Positions 1 through 12,330 of a stretch of 64,000 bases of DNA are shown here, piece after piece (position 1 is the first letter of the stretch; the number at the start of each line of letters is the position of its first letter). Below the pieces are notes generated by a model. That model saw nothing but the letters and a program-made list of their open reading frames with translations. It was not told where the DNA came from and did not search any database. The stretch is from Wickerhamiella versatilis (taxonomy: Eukaryota), in assembly GCA_030867685.1 (NCBI GenBank), contig JAQOWU010000007.1, positions 744,001 to 808,000 on the forward strand, given 5' to 3'. Position numbers and translations under genes: made by a program.

Positions 1-1201
<1,201 letters not shown>

Positions 1202-1475
1202 ATATGCTTCTCTCTCCACAAAGTTGAGTATTATTCAGTAGCATTAGAACATTTTGCAGAAATACACCGGATAACGCCTCTGCCTGTGTGGATCGAAATC
1301 TCAAGTGTGGTTTTTAGCAGAGATAAATTTTTCCTTTGAGGTTTAAAATGACGATTGCTTTCTCTAAATTTATCTTATTAGTCTCCATACATATAATTTG
1401 TTGCTCTAACGGTATATCGTACACCCAACGGTCTTTATTTTTTATAGCCGTATCCTATCAGTCTGAGGCAAGTTT

Positions 1476-1512
1476 GTAAGCAACAAGTTGCTTGGGCACT
1501 AATTGGCCTCAG
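1476..1512 (+). other. Candidate 37-nt 5'-UTR intron of LAS17
   Basis: GTAAGC donor at 1476, CACTAAT branch at about 1497-1503, and CAG acceptor immediately before ATG 1513. Confidence 0.45.
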
Positions 1513-3768
1513 ATGTTCCATCTGGGAGGCAGTTTGTTGAAAGATGCAGATGAACGCAAAATCAAAAGAGAAGTGCCCAAGGCAACAAATAGAATTATTG
1601 ACAGCACCGTGGCACGCCTGTACGTGGCTTACCCTGACCCGACAAAATGGACTTATACGGGTCTCTCTGGAGCCATTTGCCTTGTTGATGACTTGGTAGG
1701 CCATACATTTTATCTTAAGCTCGTCGACATTGAAGGCAATAGAGGTGTCTTGTGGGATCAGGAACTATATGTTGGATTCCAGTACAATCAAGACCGAACG
1801 TACTTTCACAGTTTCGAGCTCGAGGACTGTCTGGCTGGTCTATTATTTGAGAGTAAGTCAGAGGCAGCTCATTTCCTAAAGAGAATGAATACTAGAAAGA
1901 AGCATGCATCAAAAGAAACTGCACATAATGATGCTGCTATTCCTCGTCAAAAAGCAGCTGGCTCTGCGGCAGGTCCGCCACCCCCAGCTCCACCCCCAGC
2001 TCCACACACATCTGGTGGAGCTCACCGTTTGAGAGGGAAGCAGATATATTATGATCAAGAGCCCCCAGTTGAGTGGCGGGGTCTCTACCGTGACTTGGCA
2101 AATATGGGTATAACTGAGGACATGATTGCTTCGAACACACAATTCATCAAGGACTTCATACGCAATCAAGGTGGTCCTTTAGTGGGATTGGAGCCCCCGT
2201 TGCCAATACGATATGCTCCTCATAATTATGGGGTTAAAGACGATCCAGGTTCTGTATCAACGGCTAGTGAAACGCGTAGGGCACCACCGCCTCCTCCTCC
2301 ACCTCCTGCTACGAATCCATCAATGCCCCCTGCACCCCCCTCTGCACCTACTGTCCCGCCTGTTGCTTCGCCTTTCGTTGACGGCGAGGCAGATGGCGAT
2401 GGTGACATTGACAGGACGAGTACACATGACCATAGCTCGGGTGGCTTTATCAGTCGGTTATTTGCCAAAGCTCAGCACGGTATGCCTGAGACAACTCAGC
2501 AAGAGGAACCAGAAGTCGAGGCTCCAACATCGCCAGCTAATCCTGTTCCTCCCTCAACGTCACGGACGTATAATGTACCACCAGCAGCTCCTTATGCAGG
2601 AACGAAGGTTTCAGAAGCTGTTAACTCGCCGAGTTCTGTTCGTCGGATGACGAGCCAGTCCTCTGGATTCGACGGTCAGTCTAAAGCCTCTACCCCAGCA
2701 CCAGTCCCTCCCAGGAGAGAGACTTCTAGACGTAATGTACCTCCTCCACCTCCTTCTAGGAAGGTACCGCCTCCACCTCCTGCACGACGAGAGACAGGAA
2801 GTAGTGTGCCCCCAGCTGCACCACCACGTCCTCCTAAAAGGCCATCTGAAGCCCCTTCGTCTGCTCATACACGAACACCATCTCAACCGCACGCACCTCC
2901 ACCTCCCTCAAGAGCACCTGAGGTGCCGCCTTTGCCTTCCAGATCTCCAGAAGGTCCGCCTTTACCTTCTAGAGCCCCTGGTGTGCCGCATTCTCCTTCT
3001 AACGCGCCCGAGGCTCCACCATTACCTTCTAGAGCTCCCGAGGTTCCACCATTGCCTCCGAAGGCTCCCGAAGTGCCCCCTCCGCCTTCCAGGACCCCAG
3101 CTGCACCGCCTTTGCCTTCCAGAGCACCTGAGGCTCCACCTCTACCCTCAAAGGCACCTGAGGCACCACCTCTACCCTCAAAGGCACCTGAAGCTCCACC
3201 TCTACCCACAAAGGCACCTGAGGCTCCGCCTTTACCTTCCAAGGCACCTGAAGCTCCACCTCTACCCACAAAGGCACCTGAGGCTCCGCCTTTACCTTCC
3301 AAGGCACCTGAGGCTCCTCCGCTTCCTTCGAGAGCACCGGAAGCTCCACCTCTACCACCAGCTGCCCCGCCTCTGCCAGGGCGTTCTGCACCATCTGCAC
3401 CATCTGCGCCTCCAGCACCTCCTTCAGCACCTCCTTCAGCGCCTCCTTCAGCGCCTCCGGCGCCTCCGGCGCCTCCATCATCTGGTGGAGCACCACCGCC
3501 CCCTGCTGCTGGCAATCCCGGAATGGGTGCCTTATTAGCTTCAATTCAGCAGTCAAATATTAGCCAGCTGAAGAAAGTTGACAAGTCTCATCTCGAAAAG
3601 CCTTCAGTAATGCTGCAAGAAGCAAAAGGGGAGCCAACTGCACCATCGTCGTCTGGTGGCGGTGACGCGGGTGGCATGGCTTCAGCTCTTGCGGCAGCGC
3701 TACAGTCCCGCAAAGGTAAAGTCCTCGGATCTGATGATGAAGATGAAGGAGATGATGATTGGGATTAA
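1513..3768 (+). CDS. LAS17: WASP homologue, Arp2/3 activator (WH1, proline-rich region, WH2, acidic tail)
   Basis: WH1 domain VARLYVAYPD...LWDQELY...QDRTYFHSFE; WH2-like ALLASIQ...LKKVDKS; C-terminal DDEDEGDDDWD. First ATG is at 1513 (the ORF track uses TTG 1492). Confidence 0.95.
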   Translation: MFHLGGSLLKDADERKIKREVPKATNRIIDSTVARLYVAYPDPTKWTYTGLSGAICLVDDLVGHTFYLKLVDIEGNRGVLWDQELYVGFQYNQDRTYFHSFELEDCLAGLLFESKSEAAHFLKRMNTRKKHASKETAHNDAAIPRQKAAGSAAGPPPPAPPPAPHTSGGAHRLRGKQIYYDQEPPVEWRGLYRDLANMGITEDMIASNTQFIKDFIRNQGGPLVGLEPPLPIRYAPHNYGVKDDPGSVSTASETRRAPPPPPPPPATNPSMPPAPPSAPTVPPVASPFVDGEADGDGDIDRTSTHDHSSGGFISRLFAKAQHGMPETTQQEEPEVEAPTSPANPVPPSTSRTYNVPPAAPYAGTKVSEAVNSPSSVRRMTSQSSGFDGQSKASTPAPVPPRRETSRRNVPPPPPSRKVPPPPPARRETGSSVPPAAPPRPPKRPSEAPSSAHTRTPSQPHAPPPPSRAPEVPPLPSRSPEGPPLPSRAPGVPHSPSNAPEAPPLPSRAPEVPPLPPKAPEVPPPPSRTPAAPPLPSRAPEAPPLPSKAPEAPPLPSKAPEAPPLPTKAPEAPPLPSKAPEAPPLPTKAPEAPPLPSKAPEAPPLPSRAPEAPPLPPAAPPLPGRSAPSAPSAPPAPPSAPPSAPPSAPPAPPAPPSSGGAPPPPAAGNPGMGALLASIQQSNISQLKKVDKSHLEKPSVMLQEAKGEPTAPSSSGGGDAGGMASALAAALQSRKGKVLGSDDEDEGDDDWD
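2914..3363 (+). repeat. Coding minisatellite, 15 x 30 bp (APEAPPLPS[RK])
   Basis: Decapeptide repeat visible in the translation; 3181-3240 and 3241-3300 are identical 60-nt blocks. Confidence 0.95.
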
Positions 3769-3858
3769 ATTTTATAGTATATTGATGTTAGCTTTGCATT
3801 GAGTTTGGCGAGATCTAGATAGAACCTATCTGTTGTAGTTGACTAATCATACTTGTGG

Positions 3859-5865
3859 ATGGACAAGAACCTCATCCGCACTGTTAACCAGCTTCAAGAT
3901 GCATTTGCGGCCTTAGGAGCCACTGCAAACCCGATTGACTTACCTCAGATTGCTGTCGTTGGTTCACAATCTAGCGGTAAGTCCTCCGTCCTTGAGAACA
4001 TCGTCGGCCGTGACTTCCTTCCTAGGGGTTCGGGAATCGTTACCAGAAGGCCTCTGGTGCTGCAGCTCACAAATGTTACACCAGGAAGGAAAGAACCAGA
4101 GGGTGGACTGAAACCTGGAGAGAGTGCTGATGAGTGGGGTGAGTTCTTACATTGCCCAGGTAAGAAATTCTATGACTTTTCAGCTATTAGAGATGAGATA
4201 GTGGCTGAGACTGACAGAAAGACGGGAAAGAATGTGGGTATTAGCCCTGATGCTATAAGCCTGCGGATATTCAGCCCCAATGTGCTCACACTCACGTTGG
4301 TAGATTTACCCGGTATGACGAAGGTGCCAGTTGGGGATCAGCCACCTGACATTGAAAGGCAAATCCGTGAAATGATCCTTCAATACATTTCAAAGCCAAA
4401 AACTATCATACTTTCTGTCAACGCAGCGAACACGGATCTAGCAAACTCAGATGGACTAAAACTGGCTCGTGAGGTAGACCCAAGGCTTCAGCGCACTATT
4501 GGTGTACTAACAAAGATTGACCTCATGGACCAAGGCACGGATGTTGTTGACATTTTGGCTCAAAGAGTAGTGAAGGTATGGCTAGGGTGGGTCCCGGTCA
4601 TTAACCGTGGTCAGAATGATATCAATAACAACAAGTCTATTCAGTCCGCGTTAGACTTCGAGAGAAATTATTTCGAAAATCACCCGGCTTATCGTGCTAA
4701 TGCGGCATACTGTGGCACCTCATTTCTCGCAAGAAAGCTGAATACGACGCTCATGAAACATATTGAGCGCTCCCTCCCGGAAACAAAGCTTAAAATCAGT
4801 GCTGCCCTTTCGCGTTACCGCGATGAGCTTGAAGAACTCGGAACAGATTTGGGGAACCCAGCTAATGCTCTCCTCGCTATCATTACAGACCTCACCAAGA
4901 ACTTCACGTCTCTTCTTGAGGGAACTAACGATGATTTATCCACGGTAGAACTTGCTGGTGGCGCCCGAGTTTCATTTGTCCTTCATGAGCTCTATTCTAA
5001 CGGCGTCAAGGCTATAGATCCATTTGAGCAGGTCAAGGATGTTGATATCAGAACAATTTTGTATAACTCATCTGGATCAACACCGTCGCTTTTCGTAGCT
5101 ACCAGTGGTTTTGAGGTCATTGTGAAGCAGCAAATCAGTAGATTCCAGGAACCCAGCCTGAGAGCAATCACTCTTGTATACGAGGAGCTTGTATCCATTC
5201 TTTCAATTGTTCTGAATGGGGCAGAATTCAAGAGATATCCACAGTTGAGGGACCACCTTCATATGGAGGCAATTGAGTACCTTCAAAGGCTCGTCAACCC
5301 CACTCGCAAACTAATCACCGATATGGTGGCGATGGAAGCTGCATATGTAAATACGGGTCACCCAGATTTTATTGATGGCCACCAGGCTATGGAAATAGTG
5401 TCTGAGAAATATAGACCTAAGGGGAACTCTTCAAAGACTGCTCCACCCCCAGCCACTACTGTAGAATCAGTGGATAAAGGATTCTTTGGTTCCTTTTTCT
5501 CTTCCAAGTCTTCCAAGCGTAAGATGGCTGCCATGGAAGCACCACCAGCCGTCCTTAAGGCCACGGGTCAGCTGAGCGAGCGTGAGTCAATGGAAACGGA
5601 TGTAATTAAACTTCTCATTCAATCTTACTTCAATATTGTGAAGCGTACTGCCACTGATATGGTTCCTAAGGCTATAATGTTGAATTTGGTTGAAAAATCA
5701 AAACGTGGACTGCAATCTGAGCTGTTGCAGAAGCTTTACGCATCAGGAGACTACGAAAATCTTATGAAGGAGTCCGATTTCTTCATTGAAAGGCGTAGAG
5801 AATGTCAAAAGATGGTTTCTACACTTGAGCGGGCTCAGGAAATAATTGCTGGTGTCCAAATGTAG
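3859..5865 (+). CDS. VPS1: Dynamin-like GTPase Vps1
   Basis: [16 protein letters not shown]..., [17 protein letters not shown] motifs and C-terminal GED. ATG at 3859. Confidence 0.95.
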   Translation: MDKNLIRTVNQLQDAFAALGATANPIDLPQIAVVGSQSSGKSSVLENIVGRDFLPRGSGIVTRRPLVLQLTNVTPGRKEPEGGLKPGESADEWGEFLHCPGKKFYDFSAIRDEIVAETDRKTGKNVGISPDAISLRIFSPNVLTLTLVDLPGMTKVPVGDQPPDIERQIREMILQYISKPKTIILSVNAANTDLANSDGLKLAREVDPRLQRTIGVLTKIDLMDQGTDVVDILAQRVVKVWLGWVPVINRGQNDINNNKSIQSALDFERNYFENHPAYRANAAYCGTSFLARKLNTTLMKHIERSLPETKLKISAALSRYRDELEELGTDLGNPANALLAIITDLTKNFTSLLEGTNDDLSTVELAGGARVSFVLHELYSNGVKAIDPFEQVKDVDIRTILYNSSGSTPSLFVATSGFEVIVKQQISRFQEPSLRAITLVYEELVSILSIVLNGAEFKRYPQLRDHLHMEAIEYLQRLVNPTRKLITDMVAMEAAYVNTGHPDFIDGHQAMEIVSEKYRPKGNSSKTAPPPATTVESVDKGFFGSFFSSKSSKRKMAAMEAPPAVLKATGQLSERESMETDVIKLLIQSYFNIVKRTATDMVPKAIMLNLVEKSKRGLQSELLQKLYASGDYENLMKESDFFIERRRECQKMVSTLERAQEIIAGVQM

Positions 5866-6137
5866 GTTAGTGGCTATTTTTCATTATCGCCAAGCAAAAA
5901 TTCTCTTGGGGGTATACTCAAGTCCGTCTACAGTAAGTTCAAACTAGAATGGGCAGTGTTCACGATGATGTCCGGCCCTGCTAAGATCGTAATAGAAGTA
6001 AAACTGCATCTACTTGTTTCCATGGCGGGGAAACAGCAATTTCCATCACGTGATGAAAGGCGGCTTATATAGCAATAGATCATTGCCCATACCCATAAAT
6101 AACCGTCACTTCGCTTTGTTGCCCTCGAAAGTTTACA

Positions 6138-7607
6138 ATGGGACTGCGAAAATTGATACATGAGTTGTCCACAAATGATGTGACGCCTGCAGGTCCAGCA
6201 ATCTCTGAAAAGTCTCCCACTAAAAAGGAGCTGTACCAAAATAGAGAACAGTATGGGCCTAATTTTGGCGCCTTGTTCGTTCAGGAAAGATGGATTGACG
6301 ATTCGCTATTCACTGATAAAAGTGACGGAGGCTCTGAGCTTGCCGCACTTAAAGGTCAAGATGCTAGTGGAACTTCGCTTGACGACATGGCCAAAAAGTG
6401 GGAGAGTCACTGGGATAGCTTTATCTCAGATGACGACTGGAATAAACTGAAAGACTCTGGTGTAACTGCAATTAGGTTGCCGATTGGAGTTTGGAATCTT
6501 AGCGATCATAAATTTGTGAAAGGCCTTCCCTTTGAAAAGTATTCAAAAGTTTATGAAAATTCCTGGAAGGCTGTGCGTAAAATTATCGACAAGGCTCATG
6601 ATAACAGCATAGGCGTGCTTGTGGACTTCCACGGACTTCCTGGTGGTGCCAATGGTGACGAGCACTCTGGTTCGGATTCTGGAAAAGCTGAGCTATGGCA
6701 TTCTTCTAAGTATCGTGACCAGGCTATCGCTGCCTATGAGTTTGTCGCTAGTGAGCTCAAGGACGTTGAGAACATTGTGGGCATTCAGCTAGTCAACGAG
6801 GCACCATGGGGTGTTTCAAAGCTCAAATCTTTTTATCTGGAGGCTATTCATAAGATAAGAAAGATAGACTCCACCGTCCCCTTGATCATATCGGATGGTT
6901 GGGATCTAGGTACCTGGAGAGATACAGTGAAGGAACTCGATAACAGCGTGAAACCTTCCACAATTGGTGTCGTGATCGACACACATGTCTATCGTATGTT
7001 CAGTGACGACGATAAGCACAAGTCAGCCGATGAACATATAGAGAAAGCAACGCAATGCGTATCTCCTGATGATGATACCGATGTCATGGTGGGTGAGTGG
7101 TCTTGTGTTCTCAGCGAGGATTCATGGAATAACTGTTCTCAATCCCGAGAACAGGCAGAAATTGATTATGGCAAGCGACAACTCGCCTGCTACGAGTCTT
7201 GTGCACGCGCAGGGTCCTATTTCTGGACTTTCAAATTCGGACAAGGTGCCGGCGGTGCCTGGGATTTCCGTGTCATGAGTGAGAAGGGTGCCCTAAATTC
7301 GCCTACGGGGAAGCCTTCTGGTAGTCGAGATGAGAAGCTTTCCGCAGCATTCGAAAGTCACAAAAACTATTGGGACTCCCAAGACAATAGTCAGGACTGG
7401 GAACACTGGCGGTTCGAGGATGGGTTTACTCGAGGCTGGGAAGATGCTGATGAGTTTGCCAAATTCAATGAATCCCGTATTGGACGCCTTGCTGCTGTGA
7501 AAGCAGCTAGGACTTCCCAGCATGCTGATGAACGTGGCTCTTCCGACAAACTATGGGTGTTCAGCCACGCCTATGTCCAAGGGGTCAAAGCTTTCTATGA
7601 CCAATGA
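6138..7607 (+). CDS. Glycoside hydrolase family 5 (YBR056W-like cytosolic beta-glucosidase/glucanase)
   Basis: GPNFGALFVQERWI, DFHGLPGGANGDEHSG, acid/base NEA, DTHVYRMF and nucleophile VGEWS; no signal peptide. Confidence 0.85.
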   Translation: MGLRKLIHELSTNDVTPAGPAISEKSPTKKELYQNREQYGPNFGALFVQERWIDDSLFTDKSDGGSELAALKGQDASGTSLDDMAKKWESHWDSFISDDDWNKLKDSGVTAIRLPIGVWNLSDHKFVKGLPFEKYSKVYENSWKAVRKIIDKAHDNSIGVLVDFHGLPGGANGDEHSGSDSGKAELWHSSKYRDQAIAAYEFVASELKDVENIVGIQLVNEAPWGVSKLKSFYLEAIHKIRKIDSTVPLIISDGWDLGTWRDTVKELDNSVKPSTIGVVIDTHVYRMFSDDDKHKSADEHIEKATQCVSPDDDTDVMVGEWSCVLSEDSWNNCSQSREQAEIDYGKRQLACYESCARAGSYFWTFKFGQGAGGAWDFRVMSEKGALNSPTGKPSGSRDEKLSAAFESHKNYWDSQDNSQDWEHWRFEDGFTRGWEDADEFAKFNESRIGRLAAVKAARTSQHADERGSSDKLWVFSHAYVQGVKAFYDQ

Positions 7608-7717
7608 ATTGATTAGCGTTAGATACAGATATTCCTTTCCATCAAAATAGACGTCTTTTAAACTAAATATATCAATACAGTGTGGTGTCTCTTTATGTTA
7701 CATATTGAATTAAATTC

Positions 7718-9610
7718 TTATAGCAGATAAGACAGAAGTCCTAGAATTATAGTGGATAGAGCTCCAGCTTTTGCGCCAGGGACGGCAGCATCTGACGACC
7801 TCAAAGTCTTCTCTGCTGCAACTGCAGTTGAATGGGCTTGGTTTGAAACGGTGTTATTCTTACCATCCCGGCGAGAAGGTCCATTCGAGGTGTCCGAAAC
7901 TATCGATCCATCCCAGCAGTAATGATCGAAACACTTTTGGCACTGACTCGTCGGCTCTTCACCACGACGCTGCTGTTCTCTCAGAATAATAGCACACCCG
8001 AGGCAGGCGCGCCATTCAGAATCAATTGTACCGTTGTTCTGGGTCGTGGTTTCGTAGCCATTCTCAATCATTCCACCCAATTCATCCTCATCATAGCTCA
8101 ACTTAAATGTACCCTGATTGCTTGAATAGGAGTGATAGGAATTAGCAATATAAACAACAAGAGGAGGGTAATATCGTTCGCTTTCAGGAAGCGAATCAGA
8201 GAACAATGAGGTCAGATTTGTACGGTTGCAGCCGAAGAAGGTCGGCTGCTCAGTGAGCCCACCATACACGAAAGTGTTGTTGTCTGGAACGTAGGGGAAA
8301 ATGGTATTATTGCTCTGGTCACCAAATTGACGCTCATAGGAAGATATGAGCGAAGCACCGTTAGGCCACGAATCACCGGTATCTGCAGAGTTGTCGAAAG
8401 CGAGGATAACATCCACACCACGTTCAGGCTGAATGAGAGGCTGGAACGGAATGTTCTGGCCGTCCTCACCACCATCTACTAGAGTTAGAAGTTCCTCATC
8501 ATTCTGAGTGACATAAGACACGTCCTGGAAAGGATTATTGCTGTAAAGAGCAACGTCATCACCATCATTACCGAGATCCTGCAGAATGTCCTCAATGATG
8601 TCATAGGCCCATCCACCGATGCCAGTGCTATTAAGCTGCAAAATGAATTGGTTGAAAAGAGTAGCTGATGTTCCAACCATATATCCAGCGTTATCATAGC
8701 CAACAACACACTGGTTCGAATCAGGATCACCATCTGACACCTGGGAACCAATGTACTTGAGATCAGTGAAACTGTGAACACTAGGATCCCAAGAGCCAAG
8801 TTCGAATGGATTAAACTCAAAATTTGTGGAGTTGGTATCGATGATAGTCTGACCAATCTGTCGCTGGTCAGTTACATGAATCGGGAAAGGCATTTGGTGC
8901 GACTTGAATACATCATAGTCCCGAATGGCGACGTAGCTGAGGTTCTGACCACCTTCGCTAGCATTGAACAACTGGTAACCAAGTCCACGGCCCCAAAGGT
9001 CGGTCAAAGAGATGTTGAAACCAGCATCTTGCTTATCCTGAGCGTCGGTGACGATAGTATCCCAATAGTCAGCATCCGAGAATAGATTAAATCCACCAGG
9101 GTCGATAAGACTGTGGTCCAAATTCCAAAGATTCTTATCATGCTGCAGAGCCTCTACACTGGAGAAGTTATTCATCACTACTGACCCCACGAGCCAGTTA
9201 CCGCCACTAAGTCCAGCCAAGTAAGTGGTGGCCTGCAACAGTCCACCAAGGTGTCCAGTCTGATTCGACCCGGCGGTACGGTTGTCGAGGGCAGCTAGCT
9301 GCCCGGCACCAGCAAGCATTGCCCGGTAGCCACCACCACTGTAAGCCAGTCCAATTTTAATTGTTTGGTTGCTCAAGAATGATGAGGCATCGAAATCACT
9401 CATATTAGAGTGATTCAGCCAGTCAATAAGTAAAGGACGGGTGACCTGGTCACGGCTCTTTATCCATCTAGATTCTGAGCGTGAAAGCGAATCCGCATTA
9501 CGGGTGAAGCTTGCATTGTATGGGCAAGTCACATTCGTAGGAACGTAAGGACTCGGATCATCCGCTAGAACTAGTGAAAGCAAGGCCAAAGCAACTGTGT
9601 TGCCAAACAT
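7718..9610 (-). CDS. PLB1: Secreted/GPI-anchored lysophospholipase (phospholipase B)
   Basis: Signal peptide MFGNTVALALLSLVLA, SGGGYRAML, GLSGG and LVDGGED motifs, hydrophobic GPI-type C-terminus. ATG at 9610. Exact paralog uncertain. Confidence 0.9.
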   Translation of the reverse strand: MFGNTVALALLSLVLADDPSPYVPTNVTCPYNASFTRNADSLSRSESRWIKSRDQVTRPLLIDWLNHSNMSDFDASSFLSNQTIKIGLAYSGGGYRAMLAGAGQLAALDNRTAGSNQTGHLGGLLQATTYLAGLSGGNWLVGSVVMNNFSSVEALQHDKNLWNLDHSLIDPGGFNLFSDADYWDTIVTDAQDKQDAGFNISLTDLWGRGLGYQLFNASEGGQNLSYVAIRDYDVFKSHQMPFPIHVTDQRQIGQTIIDTNSTNFEFNPFELGSWDPSVHSFTDLKYIGSQVSDGDPDSNQCVVGYDNAGYMVGTSATLFNQFILQLNSTGIGGWAYDIIEDILQDLGNDGDDVALYSNNPFQDVSYVTQNDEELLTLVDGGEDGQNIPFQPLIQPERGVDVILAFDNSADTGDSWPNGASLISSYERQFGDQSNNTIFPYVPDNNTFVYGGLTEQPTFFGCNRTNLTSLFSDSLPESERYYPPLVVYIANSYHSYSSNQGTFKLSYDEDELGGMIENGYETTTQNNGTIDSEWRACLGCAIILREQQRRGEEPTSQCQKCFDHYCWDGSIVSDTSNGPSRRDGKNNTVSNQAHSTAVAAEKTLRSSDAAVPGAKAGALSTIILGLLSYLL

Positions 9611-10076
9611 TACCACCGCTGGTGAGTCTTTCCAATGGGATGCTTGACTAAATTTATATGTATGCCAGGTTAGTACACAAATATGACGTAAGTAGCCAAA
9701 CCCGAGACGAAAATCACGGGGAGTACAGTTCAAGTTTCCGATTTCCTGATGAGGTCTTCCTCCACATCACACCAATGCACCGGAATCTTTCTCCCCAGTT
9801 AGACCGAAATCTAACTTTTCAGCTAACTTTAGTTCGGAATTGGCTTCTCGATGTTAAATCCGGGTATAATTGGATCAGGGCAAGGGCTTCAAAAATTGGC
9901 AGCATTGCTCCGAGTGAATAAGTGACATAGACCTGTGTCAGTTGATACAACTTTATTTGCTATGCGCTGTAATACAGAACAATATCAATAACTACGATTA
10001 CTTAACACCATCAAACTAGCGTAGTGTAATTCTAAACTGTGGTATGTGTAGGTATTCAATTAGCGAATTGCGAATT

Positions 10077-11576
10077 TTACTTATGCACGGACCCCACCCG
10101 GGCCGGGGATGGCACTGTCGATCCGGCACTGGTTTGACGTCTTCTCCGTGGAGAGGGATTCGATGCTAGGCGGAATTGACGGGCGAAATGCACTTGTTGC
10201 GACTGTGGTGGGTCGTAATCAGTGACAATGCGTCTTTGACGTGGGACCCACACTTGCTCATTTTCCAGCTCGTCATCGCTATTAGTATCGGTGCAGGATG
10301 GAAGGGTTTGATAGCGGGATGCTGGTCGGGGTGCCGTGCTACGAGGGGATGGCGATTTCCGGGGCTGCCCGGGTGTCGGTACAGGCAGTGCCGATGTAGC
10401 GTTTGTCACAGTCCCTAAAATAGAGCGTTCAGGGGTTCGTGGTGGGGACGAGGACACCACATGGCTCTGGCGTCGGTGCGTTGGCGACAGCTGTCGCATT
10501 TCCCGCATGTACTCTCGCTCGGTGACCAGCGGCGAGTAGCCGGCAAGACTATCATCAGGAATTGTCCCAAGGCGCATGCTGCGGCGCCATTCCCGGAACG
10601 TATATTGGTGCTGGTATAGCCAATGCTGCTGGGGACCCACAACCATTCCTGGGCGGAGGAAACGCATGTATGCAATAACCTCCTGGGCTGTAAAGCCGTA
10701 GGTATAGATTAAATGGGCACCGATGAGACACCCCGTGCGGCCAAGACCGGCCCTACAATGGACAGCGACCTTGCCACCTTCACGCACAACACCCTCCACC
10801 GCTCCAAGGAAGCCCTGGACAAAGGACATAGTGGGGCATGTTCCGTCGTCAAAAATTAAATCTGCATGCTTTACACCATGACGCTCGAATTCTTCTGCTG
10901 GATAAAGATGGCTATTGAGGCGTATTACTAGCTTCACATTGTGGCGATGGAAGTATTGCAATACCTGGTCGAAGGCCCAGGGCAGCTCCTTGCCGTCAAC
11001 CTGTGGATCATACTGGGGACTCGCAAAAGCAACATAGTAGGGTGATATTGCACTAAGATCGCCATTTTCAACCAATTCATAATTTTCATACTCGTCTAAA
11101 TCGAACTGACGAATGTCTAGGAGACCGGCTTCCTTGGCCCGCCACAGGCCATAAACAACATCCTGGATGGTCAAAATAAAATCAGCCACACTATATCCAG
11201 CATCCCTGAACGGCATGAAAGGCGGCTCTGCTTGGGCAAGTGGCGCCAGCGCCGAATGAGGTGGCCACGACTGTACAAGGACCATATAGCACGCAAGTAA
11301 ACAAGCGGCATTAGCCCGTGAGCGAGCGTCCGTGCGGCTGTAAAAAACTACTGCCTTATTACCATTGGCCTGCAGAACTTCATGGAACATTACTGCAAAT
11401 CTATAACAGTGTGCAATATTCAACGGGCCAAAGTCATGGTGGAACGGGTTGTATTCGAGCTGCTCGTCAACTGTAAAAAATACCCGGTGGCGAGTATCCT
11501 CGGGCGTATAATCATAGGCTGCGAGATATACCTTGTCCCGCAGATATTCAATAACGGGAATACTGCCTCCCGGCAT
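10077..11576 (-). CDS. CDC14: Cdc14 dual-specificity phosphatase
   Basis: YNPFHHDFGPLNI, FRDAGYS, FDDGTCP, HCRAGLGRTG, RPGMVVGPQQ. Confidence 0.95.
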   Translation of the reverse strand: MPGGSIPVIEYLRDKVYLAAYDYTPEDTRHRVFFTVDEQLEYNPFHHDFGPLNIAHCYRFAVMFHEVLQANGNKAVVFYSRTDARSRANAACLLACYMVLVQSWPPHSALAPLAQAEPPFMPFRDAGYSVADFILTIQDVVYGLWRAKEAGLLDIRQFDLDEYENYELVENGDLSAISPYYVAFASPQYDPQVDGKELPWAFDQVLQYFHRHNVKLVIRLNSHLYPAEEFERHGVKHADLIFDDGTCPTMSFVQGFLGAVEGVVREGGKVAVHCRAGLGRTGCLIGAHLIYTYGFTAQEVIAYMRFLRPGMVVGPQQHWLYQHQYTFREWRRSMRLGTIPDDSLAGYSPLVTEREYMREMRQLSPTHRRQSHVVSSSPPRTPERSILGTVTNATSALPVPTPGQPRKSPSPRSTAPRPASRYQTLPSCTDTNSDDELENEQVWVPRQRRIVTDYDPPQSQQVHFARQFRLASNPSPRRRRQTSAGSTVPSPARVGSVHK

Positions 11577-12330
11577 TAACAGTGTTGACTATTTGTTTGT
11601 TGACGGTATCCGGGACTTGGGTATATTCTCTCAGGTTAGGGTTTACTAAGCTGAGTTTGAATCTGGAAATGTAAACAGAGATTGATAACATCTGCAAAAA
11701 GTGTCTGAAATTTGGCCCATAGTTCTATAATCCTATAAACGAATTGCATCTACTCACTATATGTGTAAAAATCAGGAATACATCTGTGGCAAGTACCAAA
11801 AATATAAGATTTGGTACGAAAGACTTTACCATACTGATGCCTAACTGTGGGATTTTCATAAAATTATAATGTACAGGGGAAAAAATCAAATTCAAGTCTC
11901 TTTGATTCTCTATGGTTAGTTATTTTCTGGTTTGCCTCACATGTTTACAACGGCTAAATTGGCTACGCATTCTCCACCATTACATGGCTTACACATAACA
12001 CATCTACATATATTGCCACGCATGGCAAACATGTTTGATAACAAAAATTCGAAACATGACCACAAAAATTAGCAATTAATCCTCACATACCTGGATTAAC
12101 ACTTTAAATTGAATTCTTAATACTATGTCATGTCATATCCTGCTACTTGCCTCCCTTTAACTAGAGCACTCATCAGTTCAGGCCTGCTAGATACATAACT
12201 GTTGTAGAGTGAGAAGATGTGCACGTTGCGCAGAGTGGTATACATTGGAATTGACCCACCTTGAGACCTGTCCACTACTGGAGCATTGCTTGACTAAACC
12301 TAACCTAACTTTCCTACTTACTCTAATTCA

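Noticed and set aside
2735-3556. Long alternative-frame and antisense ORFs over LAS17 (267, 210 and 175 aa)
   Set aside because: Shadow ORFs produced by the stop-poor 30-bp proline repeat.
10730-10765. Cdc14 catalytic loop HCRAG instead of HCKAG
   Set aside because: Conservative change; the catalytic Cys and Arg are intact.
11577-12330. 750-bp AT-rich gap as a centromere or replication origin
   Set aside because: No CDEI-II-III layout or repeats seen; adequately explained as the CDC14/FAT1 divergent promoter.
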